From NCBI GenBank assembly GCA_030264375.1, contig JASCQW010000098.1:33937604-34001603 (forward strand): DNA of 64,000 bases, read 5' to 3'. The position numbers were made by a program, and so were the translations under genes. Below the pieces are notes generated by a model. That model was not told the DNA's origin. It did no database searches and was given only the letters and a program-made list of their open reading frames with translations. The stretch is from Carcharhinus longimanus (Eukaryota). Of this stretch, positions 51,421 through 63,708 are shown in pieces. Within the stretch, counting starts at the first letter, position 1. The number at the start of each line of letters is the position of its first letter.

Positions 51421-52689
51421 GATGGGGGTCCACAGGGTAAATCAAGTGGCAATTTTCCCCCTCTGCTGCTAGCAGGCTACAGAGCAAGGCTCCGTCAAGG
51501 GTCCAGGGTTGAGTGGGCTCGCGCTGGGGAAAAGGGTTGACCTCATCCACTGGGATAAAAGTCTTGTGGCTGGACAGCTGCGTCTGGCCCTGGCAGACCT
51601 GGAGATCACCCCTGACATGGTGATTTCAGGCAGCTCTGTGATCAATATCTTCATTCCTATCTGTCAGCTGTGAATACTTTGAAGTGGCCAGGTCACTTTA
51701 ATTCCCATGCTCCCTGGTCACCTGCTAGTTTTAATATCACTGCAGCTCTCCATTTGGCAGCAGGGATTTCCCTTTCTCTTTGTCAGAAGTTGCAGGTGTG
51801 AATAAATCCTTGTGAAATCCTCTGACAGAGGAGAGATGACAATCTCACCCCGGGGGGGCAGGGAGTTCCATGGCAAAGCTGTGTACTCAGCCATAACATA
51901 TTCACACAGCTTCGATTTGAAGGTGCAAAGCCTCCCCAGTGAGCTGAAACTTTTGAAACGCTCTCTATTTCATTGGAACGGTGTCAATTTCAAAGTGCTG
52001 TGCTATAAAGGAGGCTTTCGTTGACAGCTTAATAGATTTCTACCTAGCCTCCAGTCAGCTGTGCTTATTTATATTTCGATTGGTGCTTGAACGTGTCTTT
52101 AATACCTCTATTGTTCCTAATGTAATATTTACATCTGAGCCTGACTGACAGCTTTGGTTTCTTCAAAGAGAATAAACGGTTTAACTTCCACTTTTGCAGA
52201 CCAGGTCACCATGCCAGATCCACATTGGTGATGACCAACACCAAACCCTACCTGTTTAGTTCCTGTTGGGGAGGGTGGGAGGGAGGCGATTTGGTATTCA
52301 GGTGAATGGTTTGGGCAGGTGAATGGGCCGTCAAACCCACTAATTATTGGTTGCCAACTGCTACGAATAGGAACCTGATCAGGGCCAACGGATCAGGTCA
52401 AGTAGATCCTGACTGTCTTGATGCCTGTTGTGAATATCGATTCTTGGCCGACACCCCATTTGGTTCCAGCCGGCCGTCTGACAAAGCTAGAGAATCCCAC
52501 CTTTGATCTTTGCCATTTCACTCCATTTTAAAGTTACAAAGTCAATGTGCAGAGTGGACCAAGAAAACCCAGATCCATCTCATTGCTTGCTCAAAAACCA
52601 ACTCAAACTGAATTCAATTCATGCTTCCCACAAGAGAGACATTCAAGATCCAACATGACAAGAAGAGGCATTGTACCCATCTTGGGCTT

Positions 52690-53720
52690 GATCTGATCTG
52701 ACCTGATTTATTATTGTCACATGTATTTGTATAAGTGAAAAATACTTTTCCTTGCGCGCTATACAAACAAAACATACCATTCATAGAATACATAAGGGAT
52801 AAGAAAAGGAAAGGGTGCAGAATGCACTGTTATCATCATAGTTATGGAGTGGAGAAAGATCAACTTCATATAAGGTAGGTCCATTCAAAAGTCTGATGGC
52901 AGCAGGGAAGAAGTGGCCCTTGAGTTAGTTGGTGCATGACCTCCAACATTTGTATGTTTTTCTCAATGGAAAAAGGTGGAAAAGAGTATGCCTGGGGTGC
53001 GTGGAGTCCTTGATTATGCTGACTACTTTTTTAAGGCAGCGGTAAGTGTAAGCAGAGTCTGGAGATGGGAGGCTGGGTTGCATAATGGACTGGGCTTCTT
53101 CACGATCCTTTGAAGTCTCTTGCAGTCTTGGTAAGAGTAGGAGCTACACCAAGCTGTGATGCATCCAGAAAGGAATGTTTTCTATGGTGCATCTGTAAAA
53201 ATTAGTGAGGGTCATAGCAGACATGCCGAATTTCCTTAGCCTTCTTGTGAGTTCCGCTACAGGCCCCCTGCTGATATCTCCTGGCCCGTTGTGCTACTCA
53301 AGCTGTGCAGCAGGCCAGGAGAATCCCTGCCTCTATCTCTCCTGTACTCATCATTGTTTGAGATCTGGCCCACTATGGTGGTGTCATCAGCAAACTTGAA
53401 AATCAAGTTGGTGGGGAATTTGTCATAGGTGTTTAAGGAATATTGTAAGGGACTGAGGACACAGCCTTGTGGGGCACCTGTGTTAAGATAATTGTGGAGG
53501 AGCTGTCATTGCCTATCCTTACTAATTGTTGTCTATTGACTAGGAAATCTAGGATCCAGTCACAGAGTGAAGAGCTGAGCCCTAGGCCACAGAGTTTAGA
53601 GATGAGTTTTGTAGAAAAATTGGTGTTGAAGGTTGAGCAGTAATCGATAAACAGGAGTCTTTGTTATCCAGATGTTCCAGGGTTGAGTGTAAGGCCAGGG
53701 AAATGGCATCTGATCTGATG
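52690..53720 (-). mobile_element. Rex1/Babar-clade LINE 3' part
   Basis: Homologous to 15385-15873 (ctatggtgcatctgtaaa; ggtggtgtcatcagcaaacttg = KFADDTT); GAPQG-like tgtggggcacc; (tcaga)n-type tail. Confidence 0.8.
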
Positions 53721-53875
53721 CTTAATCTTAGCCAAAGAGCTAAGAGCGCTGTTGATGTTGTCATACACTAAAAGATAAACATAATTTAAATTAGTTCTAA
53801 CCCCAGTGTCCCTCCTCCCTTTCTCAACATGAATGCTTGGCTGTTAGCCCAGATTTTCATTAATCTGTTGAAATA

Positions 53876-54040
53876 GAAAGTTTAAAGTTTATTTATTATT
53901 GTCACATATTGATTTATATTAACACTGCAATGAAGTTACTGTGAAAATCCCCTAGTCGCCACACTCTGGCACCTTTTGGATAAATTGTGTGAGAATTTAC
54001 TATGGCCAATGCATCTAACCAGCATTTCTTTCGGACATGA
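53876..54040 (-). mobile_element. SINE alternative-tail fragment
   Basis: aacactgcaatgaagttactgtgaaaatcccctagtcgccacac. Confidence 0.7.
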
Positions 54041-54182
54041 GGGAAAATATTACTTGATTGACAGCTTTTTTAAGGGTCTATTTTGTCAATGGATCAATGT
54101 TTGCTTACACAAGATTGAGTTAAGAGCTTATAGTTTCGCTATTGTTATTTTAAAAGTCTGGTTGATCAGTACATCTATAGCA

Positions 54183-54264
54183 GCTGCAACAGCCGATTGG
54201 TAAAGGTGTTAGACTTGAAATCCACTGGGATTTCCCCACGTAGGTTCGAGCCCTGCTCACAGCG
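54183..54264 (+). pseudogene. tRNA-Ser (anticodon TGA) pseudogene
   Basis: 82 nt GCTGCAACAGCCGATTGGTAAAGGTGTTAGACT-TGA-AATCCACTGGGATTTCCCCACGTAGGTTCGAGCCCTGCTCACAGCG; long variable arm and T-loop GTTCGA; two acceptor-stem mismatches, two anticodon-stem mismatches, U8 lost. Confidence 0.8.
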
Positions 54265-54345
54265 ACTGTAATTTGAAATGTTTACTCAGCTGCTTCAAGG
54301 CAGCCACTGACTCAAAATGGAGTCACAAATCCCAGTGAGTTTTTG

Positions 54346-54682
54346 TGGGTGGCACGGTGACACAGTGTTTAGCACTGCTGCCTCCCAATGCCAGGAACTC
54401 GGGTTCAATTCCTGGCTTGGGTCACTGTCTGTGTGGAGTTTGTACATTCTCCCTTTGTCTGTGTGGGTTTCCTCCAGGTGCTTCGGTTTCCTCCCACAGT
54501 ACAAAGATGGGTGAGTTAGATGGATTGGCCATGATAAATTGTCCAGTAATGTCAGGAGGATTAGCAGAGTAAATGTATGGGGTTACGGGGATAGGGCTTG
54601 GGTGGGATCATTGTCGGAGCAGACTCAATGGGCCAAATGGCCTCCTTCTGTACTGTAGGAACTCTATGGGTCTATGACTCAA
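54346..54682 (+). mobile_element. HE1-type V-SINE
   Basis: Full head, V-domain and tail. Confidence 0.9.
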
Positions 54683-56089
54683 TGACTCGTATTTTATTAA
54701 AGGAAAGTTATGATGAATGGGAATGGAAGTGCTCTAAGTTGGATGGAGGAAGTGAGGCATCATTGATAGTTGGGGAGGGACATAGGTTGAAATGAATTGG
54801 CATGGATAAGGCATGAGGAATGATTGGTGGGGTGGTGGGGGGGATGTGAAGTGTGAAGTCTTAAGGATCTAATATTGAACAATGGTCCCAGAGAACTGAG
54901 GCAGACCTTTTAATCAGCCTGGCTTAGGTCTTGGCAGCCTCTCTTGCTGCCTCGGAAATATTTTCAGCCCATCATATCTCGAACAGTAGATCTGAGCATT
55001 TTCTCTATTACCAAAGTCAACAGAATAAATGGGGAACATCAAATTATTCTGCAGGGGAAGAGTGCTTACTGATTGGCAAGTGGACACTGATTGGTGAAGG
55101 CATTGCCATTGAGAATTGATCACAGAACAATTCAGTGCAGGCTTTGGTCAAGTTCAAATTGTACAGGTTGACTCTGATTACTCAAGAGATTGGACTCAGG
55201 AATGAACCTGTTCCCCAATCTTTTGTTCAGTTGAAAATGCTCCACTGTGTGGAAATGGTCCTTCTGTTTGCAAAGGACAGAGCCCTGTGTGTCAATATAC
55301 ATGGCTGCCAACATGTACAAGTAAGCCACACTGCAAGCCCAACTGACAATCTTAAATTGATTTTCAGTGTAATTCTTGGCACAATCAGGATTGTTTACGA
55401 GGTATTGTCAAACTGTGGAATTACATCTAATGTTGGTGATTGCATTTTGAGTTGTGCAAGCATGAGTTAGTTGGGTATGGTCAGTACTTTGTCTGTTGTG
55501 AATGTAGAAGGGGTATCTTGTTTGATACAACCCAATAGTTGTAGGGATATGCAGCCTATATACCTGGCACCACAGCGCAAATTGATATACCACATTCCTC
55601 TGGACAACACCTGTTAAACAATCCTGGTTTTTCCCATAGTAAACAACTTTTTGTTTTATTTTATTGCATTGCTAAATACAAAACATAACACTTGATTATA
55701 AGAGAGGAACTAATTAAGTGGGAAAAAAAACACATCAAATTCTGGAAATCTGAAATTCAAGTAGAAAATCCAGGAAGTACTCAGTATGATGGACAGTTTC
55801 TGTGGAGAGAAAAATATAATGAATATTTAAGGTTAATGGCCTAAATTGTAACTTCTTACAATTAATTATAACTGTTTACAATCTTTTATCTTGATCTTGA
55901 AATAGAAGGAAATAATAACACATTTGAAGCAGAAATTGGTAAAATGCAGTCTGCATATAGATCTGGATTAGGAACAGAACATTAAGTATTTAACATAAGA
56001 AAAACCATTGATAAATATCTTGAATTAACAAGAATATTTACGTACATTTCATAGACAATGAGGAAATGTTCAGTTATTTATCTCCAAAA

Positions 56090-56620
56090 ATTAATAGGCA
56101 TGTTGCTGAAATGTAACATTAACAGTAAAGATGTGAGATTTAGCTAGATATTGGAACACAATAAATAGAAGATGGACAATCAGATATATTTCAAGAAAAG
56201 AGAACAGTACAGCAAAGCTGTGTATGCGACCAAAATTCGTTAGAGATACTCCAGGGGTAAAAGTTGGAGACAAGGACATAACAAACTCCTTTTATGCTCA
56301 TGACATAGTGGTAGTTACTGAATCAAAAGAGGCCTTATGAAATATTGTAGATTAAGTAAAATGTGGAAGTTTAGAAAATGGGTGAGTCTGAATGTCAGAA
56401 AGACAAAATCAATATTCATTAGAAGAGTTATATTAGAAGAAACTAAAGTAAAATTTTATTGGATGGTGTCACATTGGAAAAAGTAAATGGTTTGTCTATT
56501 TAAGACAAATGGTAACAGAAGCTGGTAGATGTGATGCTATGTCAGGAGGTTAGAGATTGGCAGAATTAATTCAGTGAAGATGAAGGATTTATTAGCAACA
56601 AGGAAATTCAAGTTGGTAAC
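56090..56620 (+). mobile_element. RTE/BovB-like LINE RT fossil
   Basis: PGVKVGDKDITNSFYAHDIVVVTESKEAL (YADD-derived), SLNVRKTK, FVYLRQMVTEAGRCD. Confidence 0.65.
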
Positions 56621-58829
56621 TTTATTAGTGTGTTGTTGGGTTGGAGTAGTTTCAATAACTCTTGAAGACCACTTGCTGCAAATACTCTAACTTTATAAAC
56701 ACTCTAACATTGTTATATTTACAATTATGAGAACACTTCCTTACACTGACTTTTTTCCATGTTGCTTTCTCCTTAAACTCTCAGACCATATGAGTATTTA
56801 TGTCACTTCCTTCTATTACATCAGTTAAGTAGGTGATCAGTAGGCACACTTAATCCTTTGTAGGGCAGTCTAACGTACTCCATTACATTAAAGTAACAAG
56901 GAAAAAAGCTCAGAAGAAGTTGTATTCTATTCATTTTCCTAGTTCAGAAACTTGAACAATAAATAAAGGTCTGTGGAAGAAGATAGAGATCTTATATTGA
57001 TGTCAATATACGCTTAAAATACCATAAACAGACAGTTAGATAGATTACAAGAACAAAAAGAACTCAAAAAATTGACATCCAGAAAAGGAAATGTTAATAT
57101 TTCAGCCTTTTGAACAGAGCTGAAAATTTATAGTGATCTCTTCTGGAAAGCAAAATGGAGGGCATCAGAAAGAGGGGTCACCCTAGGCGTAGTTGATTAT
57201 GGTGTTACAGAGCTACAGTGAATATGTGAGGATGGTGCAAAACAGATGAGTGTGACATACCATGACGACAGATCTCCTGATAGGGGTAATCACAAACAGC
57301 AAATTATCAACTATGTGCATGTTATTCCTGAGTTGGACACTTTGATGGACTCGCTGCTAGGATACTTTGGTGGACTCGCTGCTAGATGTGGCATCACCTC
57401 CTTAAAATATGAAATAAAACACCATTTTTGCCTTTGCTTTGAATAATACTCTGAGCAAGCACTAAAATGAGTTGAAATAAAATTTGTCACTACATTGTGA
57501 TTTCACATTGAAGCTGCAAGGTTCATTCGAATAAAATTTGATGTTTCAATCAATTTTGAGAAAACTTGGGGAAAGTTAATTTGATGGCCATTTACTTGAC
57601 AGCAATTAATGTCAGCTAGCTTAAGAATGCTTTCCTTTCATTACAAATGTTTAATTAATGCAGCTATGTTGTATAATAGTCCATTCCATCTATTCAACAA
57701 TCTCATGCAGCCAAATTGAAAATAATGATAGTTATTATTTAATTGCTATTATGTTTAGTCGTTAACTGAGTACTAGTTTTTTAAACTATTTACTATAAAC
57801 TATTATAAATTTAAGTAATTTAGTACTATTACAATAATCATTGCTACAAATATTGAATGTAAATTGTGATAATCTGATTATGATAATCAATTGTAATATT
57901 TCAGCAAACATGTAAATAAGGAACCATAAATAACTAATTAATGAGTTTGTACATGTTTGATAGTATCATAGTTTATGCATTATCCATTTGTGATGTTTGC
58001 TGACCACAAGAAATTTGAAATGCATTACAGTGCATTCTCATCCACCATGTCAAGTATTTGTTTTAAAAACTAAACTATTTAGTGTCCATAGTGGTAATTA
58101 TTGTGAAAGCAGGAATTGTCACAGTTAACTATAACATTGGGCTGTTGTCATGGAATTCCTGATTGTATCTCGGGAACTTGGATTTAGAAAAGTGATGGAT
58201 AATGCATGCCTAAAATCCTATTATCTATTCCTAGTTGGTGATGGTGCATGGTGAGTGTGTCAATATCATGAGATTGCCTATTGACAATTTCATATACAAA
58301 ATAAAATCTATGATTGTTAAGATCACAGTAATGGAGAGGACACGTAATTAAAGTGCTCCATGATCTGATAGTACCTGATTGCAGTAATAAAAAATAGATA
58401 AATGCTTTATTAACACAGTTAATTATAGACTGCTGATTTCTCATGACATTACTCCTGGCAATTTTAAGGATTTGTTGTTTTAGAATGACAGAAGCTCTGT
58501 ATCATGGAACACACATGGGGGCTAAATTGTGTAACTCCTAAAAACAGGAGAAGGTATTGTGATGCGCAATTAACCTGTTCCCATTCAATGAAATGCAGAG
58601 AACATATCAAATTCATATTGTCTGCTCTCTTGGATAACTGCTGTCTACAGCCAGTGCAAATTAAGATGTTCATTGGCCACATTTATCAGTAGGGGTCCAA
58701 AATTGTAACTTGACTGTACCGCTTTTAGCAAATCTGCTCTTCTAACAAGGGTGGGGCATCATGTTGGGACCGATGCTGGAAGTCATGGAGGAAATGAATT
58801 TGATCTGAGAAACAGTGAAACAGGAGGCA

Positions 58830-59385
58830 ATGGGCTGCAAAGAGTGTCAGTACTGCACAGGAGGTTTTGGCAGGACAAGTGGAATGTAGGAGGGATGTCT
58901 TATAACCATAGGGAACTAGCTTTTCAGATAGATACTTAAATGCAGTGGGAGCAGATAGCCATGGAAATCAATGTTAGGAGTCATGCGCCAAAGGACCTGG
59001 ATACATTGCCACAATGAAGTTACATGAGTACTCAATGTCAGTGAATGTATCTTCAAATGCCATATTCTGCCAACTGGTTTGCAGATCTCAAATACTGCCT
59101 AAATCCACTATCAACCACACCTATCAGTCAGAACGTATGCAATATATTCATAGCTTCACCTCGTTCTCTCACACACAGTATTGCTGCAAGCCACACAATA
59201 ACATCTCATGGCTTGCACTATTATCAATTCAACCATAGCAACTAAACACATCGCACAACCTTCACTTACACTCCCTCCCTCTTGCAGGTGCGCAGTAGCA
59301 GTTAGTTATAGTTAACAGGAGGATAGGTATGTCTGCATGTCCTAACCTCCAGGGAGGAGACAGTACTGGACATTATTGGAACACC
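58830..59385 (+). pseudogene. Harbinger Myb/SANT-like DNA-binding gene remnant (spliced)
   Basis: EVLAGQVECRRDVL..MQWEQIAMEINVRSHAP/RTWIHC; GT at 59041, pyrimidine tract + AG ending 59287, then LTGG*VCLHVLTSREETVLDIIG. Confidence 0.7.
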
Positions 59386-60759
59386 CATTGATGAAGCTTG
59401 AAACCATGACACTGAATTTTCCATCTCACATCCCACTTGCACTTTTCTGATTTATAAGCTGCAGAAGTTATAAATATGGATCTCCCATTTTCCCTTGGCT
59501 CCTGCACTATAAAACCTTGTGCCTTTTCCATTTCACGTATCCGAGAGTACAAGCTGGCAAGGCAATGGGGGAATACCAAGGAGAGAGTGATGATGCAGAC
59601 AAAATATTGTCACTTAATTTCACACTCACCTCCACCAGTTCAGATACTGAGGCTGCATGTGAAGCTTTGAGGGTAGTTTAGAGATGGAACCTACATATGG
59701 TAAGCAACTGGACATAAGAGAGTTGCAGCCAGGGCAGGGGACAATAACCGCACCGGTGCCAATTCACCAGAGGGCAACGGTTTTGTTGCAAAGCATTTGG
59801 ATGAATATTTCAATGAGACAGTCTATAGAAGTAGGTGATTAGTAGGCACAACAAAATGATAGTATTTTTGAAACCTGCCAGAAAGCCCGTGTTTAATATG
59901 AAAGAGCATGGAGAAGCCCCAAATGAACTTGCACAAGGCTTTGCGCAGAGATTATAGCCCATTCTCAGCTCACTACCATCTTTTCAAGGGGTGGGCAATA
60001 AATGCTGGCCAGTCAGCAATACCCATGCCCCAGTGAATGAATTAGAATTATTTCTATCAAAAAAAACAATTCTGTTTACACAGTTACGGATCCAACCACA
60101 ACAAAGTATCTGATGGCCGATATCACAGCTTCTGTTGCAGCAGAAGAGATGCCACACAATGCCTGAGAGCTGCCATACAAGCTGAAAATGCAGTCACCAT
60201 ACTCAAGATACCAATGTTCAAAGGCTCTGCTGGTGTCACAACAGTTCAGCAATCTATCCTCCAACAGATTACTGGGATGGTTGCAGCACTGCCCTGGGTA
60301 GTGGCAGTTGTTCTGTGAAGCATGAAACAGTTGTCCTGTCTTAGGAAGATAGGATTCATCCCCTAATCCTATTTTGCTGATTCTTTTGCAATTGCCTGTC
60401 GTGTAGCCAACCTTGACTTCTGCTGCTTATGCTGAGATGGTGCAGTCTGCAGCCTGGTCTTGTGGGCTCAAGGTTATCATCCAAGATCTCCACTGAAACA
60501 GCAGCCTTTCACCAAACTACATCCAATGATGGGAGTTCCAGGACAGGCAAAGACACATCGAAAACAGGCATTAAGAGAATGCACAAGGGTGACTGCTTTA
60601 CTTTTGTATGCCTTATTTCACTTATAAATTTGGTTTGGAATATTTAATTTGTAGTCATTTTTATTTTTATATTGTTGTTAAGCACAGCCTATTCTGGTTA
60701 ATGATGGAGAGAAGGTAAGTTGTGGGACTTAGCGAATGAGGATCTTTATTAACTGCTAT

Positions 60760-61350
60760 CATATTCGGATGAATTCTTCATCAACCATCCAAGCAGAAAT
60801 AGGCTCTTTGGGTAATCTCATCCCTTCCTCTTCCTCCTTTTTCTCTTCTTCATGTTCTTTCACCTCAGTTGTTTGCAGCACAATTGGTGCTTCACTCTTC
60901 ATGATGACAATGTTCTGCAGATGCACTAGGTCACCACTGTTATTGACATTCACTCTATTGGGTAAAGCAGATCTCCACCAGAGAAACTCATGCAGTAGAA
61001 GCATTGTTTCAGCACATAATTGGTCTGTTCTATGAAATTCACTTGACAACATGGCTTTTATTGATTCCCTGCTCCACATGTATGTGGATTGTGCATCGGA
61101 AATCTGTCATATCATCAGCAGGTGGCCCTGTCACTCAATAAGCACCCTTTAGTTTAATGGACTACTGGAATGAAGACACTATAACTATGGCAAGGATACT
61201 TTGCATTGAACTGCATGATTCTTTGTCATGGTCACTAACTAGCTGGAGGTTGAGGGAATGGAATTCCTTTTGGTTAACTTTTGGGTAAGATTAACATACA
61301 GCATCCAAATATTATTGTGCATGCAGGCAATGGCACCCGATATCATGTGG
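60760..61350 (-). pseudogene. Harbinger (HARBI1-like) DDE transposase remnant
   Basis: FHMISGAIACMH, VNQKEFHSLNLQLVSDH, IMQFNAKYP, IEQTNYVLKQCFYCMSFSGGDLLY, LQNIVIM and an acidic tail. Confidence 0.8.
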
Positions 61351-62285
61351 AAGCAGATAATCACATTCTAATTCCACTTGCTTGTTTCTAGGAAAACAGA
61401 ATGAAATATATTCTGCAATTGTGGAATTACAGAGCCTCAGTTGTCTTTCTTATGGAACAGTGGATGGTGAACTGAGATGTTACCAGTTCAATCCTAGAAG
61501 GGACCATTTGCATAAACATTCATCACTGGAGTCACCTTCACATCTGTTGGTAATGTGGTCCTTGTCCTGATTTAAAGTTGCTGTTTTGTCTACAGAAGAC
61601 AGTACATTTCAGTGCCAATGTCCTCAATGAAGTGCAGACATCTCCATTTAATGTCCCATCACCCCATCCTGTGGAGGCACATTCCAAGGTGGGGGGAAGC
61701 CATTTGATTGAATGGGAGAATGTGAAATAGAAACGCTGCCAACTCCCCCAATTAAATCTGGGGCGGGAAAGCTTCCAGGCAGTCATCCCACTCTATGCCA
61801 GTTGAGGACCTCATACCACCAATGCTCATGTTCAATCAGTGGCAGGTATGGAACTTGTCATGTGGAGAGACCCAAAGAAAATCCTGTCAGGTTTGCTTGT
61901 AGCCTGAGAGGAGAATAGGGCTTCCATTGTTTAGTGCATCCTTAAAGACCCAGCCTCAGTTGTGGTTATCTACTCTTATGGCATGGCAGTTGCTAAGTAC
62001 CCAAAAGAAAACTGGAATGAGCTGCCAGAGTGGGTTTGCAATTTGTATATGATGAGGAGTTATCTGAAGTCAACATAAGTAAATTCCAGGCCACTTGTGA
62101 TGATTTTAAACATTAAATTGAAACATTTATTAACAATTACGAAAATAAGAAAATAACATTTTAAAACACCAAGAACACTTTTACGCAGTTAACAGTACTT
62201 GACAAACATTGAGAGATAATGGATTAATTAAGCTCAGAGTTGAAACCTCCCTTTGAGGCCAACAGCCCATATAGATATTCTAATC

Positions 62286-62722
62286 CAGCGGTTCTGAACC
62301 CTTTTCATTATATTGTCATCAAATGCTTTTGCGCACCACAACATAAATGAGCCATTTTAGGTTTTTTTTAATATAACTGATGGTGACAGGAGTCAAACAC
62401 ATATCAATGGGTATTAAAAATGCAGCTATTTCTAATAGTTTATGATGTACACTCACAAATACATTGCAACTGTCACAGCGCATTTACCTAGCCTAGGAAA
62501 CAGATGACACTTACCGAATGAGAAAGCTAATGATTTTTTCCCNNNNNNNNNNNNNNNNNNNNNNNNNNNNNNNNNNNNNNNNNNNNNNNNNNNNNNNNNN
62601 NNNNNNNNNNNNNNNNNNNNNNNNNNNNNNNNNNNNNNNNNNTAATGATTTTTTCCCATGGACCACCTGCAGTTCGTTTGCAGTCCACCAGTAGTCCGTG
62701 GTTCACTGCTTTTGAATCACTG
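62286..62722. mobile_element. hAT (Charlie-like) MITE
   Basis: CAGCGGTTCTGAA ... TTTGAATCACTG termini with perfect 8-bp TSD ttctaatc (62278-62285, 62723-62730). Confidence 0.85.
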
Positions 62723-62871
62723 TTCTAATCCATCAAACTTCCAGTAACATTACCACACAATGTCCTGTTGCTTTGGGGGAAATCTAGAGAGGCTTCTCCG
62801 CACTGAGGGTGGTGGCAAAACTGGTGTTCACAGGCCTGGCTTCAACACACATTGTCTTGGTCAAGATGGGG

Positions 62872-63385
62872 GTGGCATGTTGGCACGGTGGTTAGCACTG
62901 CTGCTTCACAGCACAAGGGACCTGGGTTCAATTCCAGCCTCAGGTCACTGTCTGTGTGGAGCTTGTGGTATCACAACACTGGGTTAAAATCCGACAGGTT
63001 TATTTGGAATAATGCACTCTCAGAGTGCTGCTCCTTAATCAAATGAGTGAGCAACACTCCAAAAACTCTTGATTCCAAATAAATCTGTTAGACTTTAACC
63101 TGGTGTTGTGGGACTTCTTACTGTGTCCACCCCAGTCCAACGCCGGCATCTCCCCATCATGTGTGGAGTTTGCACATTCTCCCCATGTCTGTGTGGGTTT
63201 CCTCCTGGTGCTCCAGTTTCCTCTCACAATCCAAAGATGTGCAGGTTAGGTGAATTAGTCATGATAAATTGCCCCTTAGTATCAGGGAGATTAACAGGGT
63301 AGGGTTATGGGGATAGGGATGGGTGGGATTGTTATTGATGCAAGCTTGATGGGTTGAATGGCCTCCTTCTACACTGTAGGGTTTA
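62872..63385 (+). mobile_element. HE1-type V-SINE interrupted by a Penelope hairpin
   Basis: Head to 62965, resumes at 63160 with the V-domain and tail. Confidence 0.85.
62966..63159. mobile_element. Non-coding Penelope-pLTR fold-back insertion
   Basis: 62971-63010 is an inverted copy of 63072-63111; TSD tgtgtggag(c/t)ttg (62953-62965, 63160-63172). Confidence 0.8.
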
Positions 63386-63513
63386 TTTGATCTCACAATG
63401 ACATGAAACAGCCTCTGTCTCATGGTAAATATGTTTTTCCCTTTAGTCTCCCATTCTATTGTTCCTATAGTCCTCTTCCCAGAATTGATCCTCCTTTCTT
63501 TTATTCTTTACAT

Positions 63514-63708
63514 CTGGGTGCTCTGGTTTCCTCCCACAATCCTCCCACAATCCAAAGATGTGCGAGTTAAGTAGATTGGCCATGATAAGTTTTGCTGGGT
63601 TGTGGGTATAGGGCGGGGAAGAGAGTGGGCCTGCATAGAATGCTCTGCCAGAGAGTTGGTGCAGACTTGATGGGACAAATGGCCTCCTTCTGCAGGATAG
63701 GATTCTTT
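63514..63708 (+). mobile_element. HE1-type V-SINE (5'-truncated)
   Basis: gggtgctctggtttcctcccacaatcc..ccaaagatgtgc and tail. Confidence 0.8.

Larger units (their letters stand above)
58516..61950. mobile_element. Near-complete decayed PIF/Harbinger transposon (convergent Myb-like and transposase genes)
   Basis: See the two pseudogene entries; left end possibly gggggctaaattg, right end not resolved. Confidence 0.7.

Noticed and set aside
57335-57384. 25-bp tandem duplication (gga(c/t)actttg(a/g)tggactcgctgcta x2)
   Set aside because: Only two adjacent units with no spacer; simple local duplication, not CRISPR-like
60759-61079. 106-aa ORF with acidic tail as a host gene
   Set aside because: Mostly an off-frame reading of the frameshifted Harbinger transposase
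62528-62657. Direct repeat taatgattttttccc on both sides of a gap
   Set aside because: Probably an unmerged contig overlap
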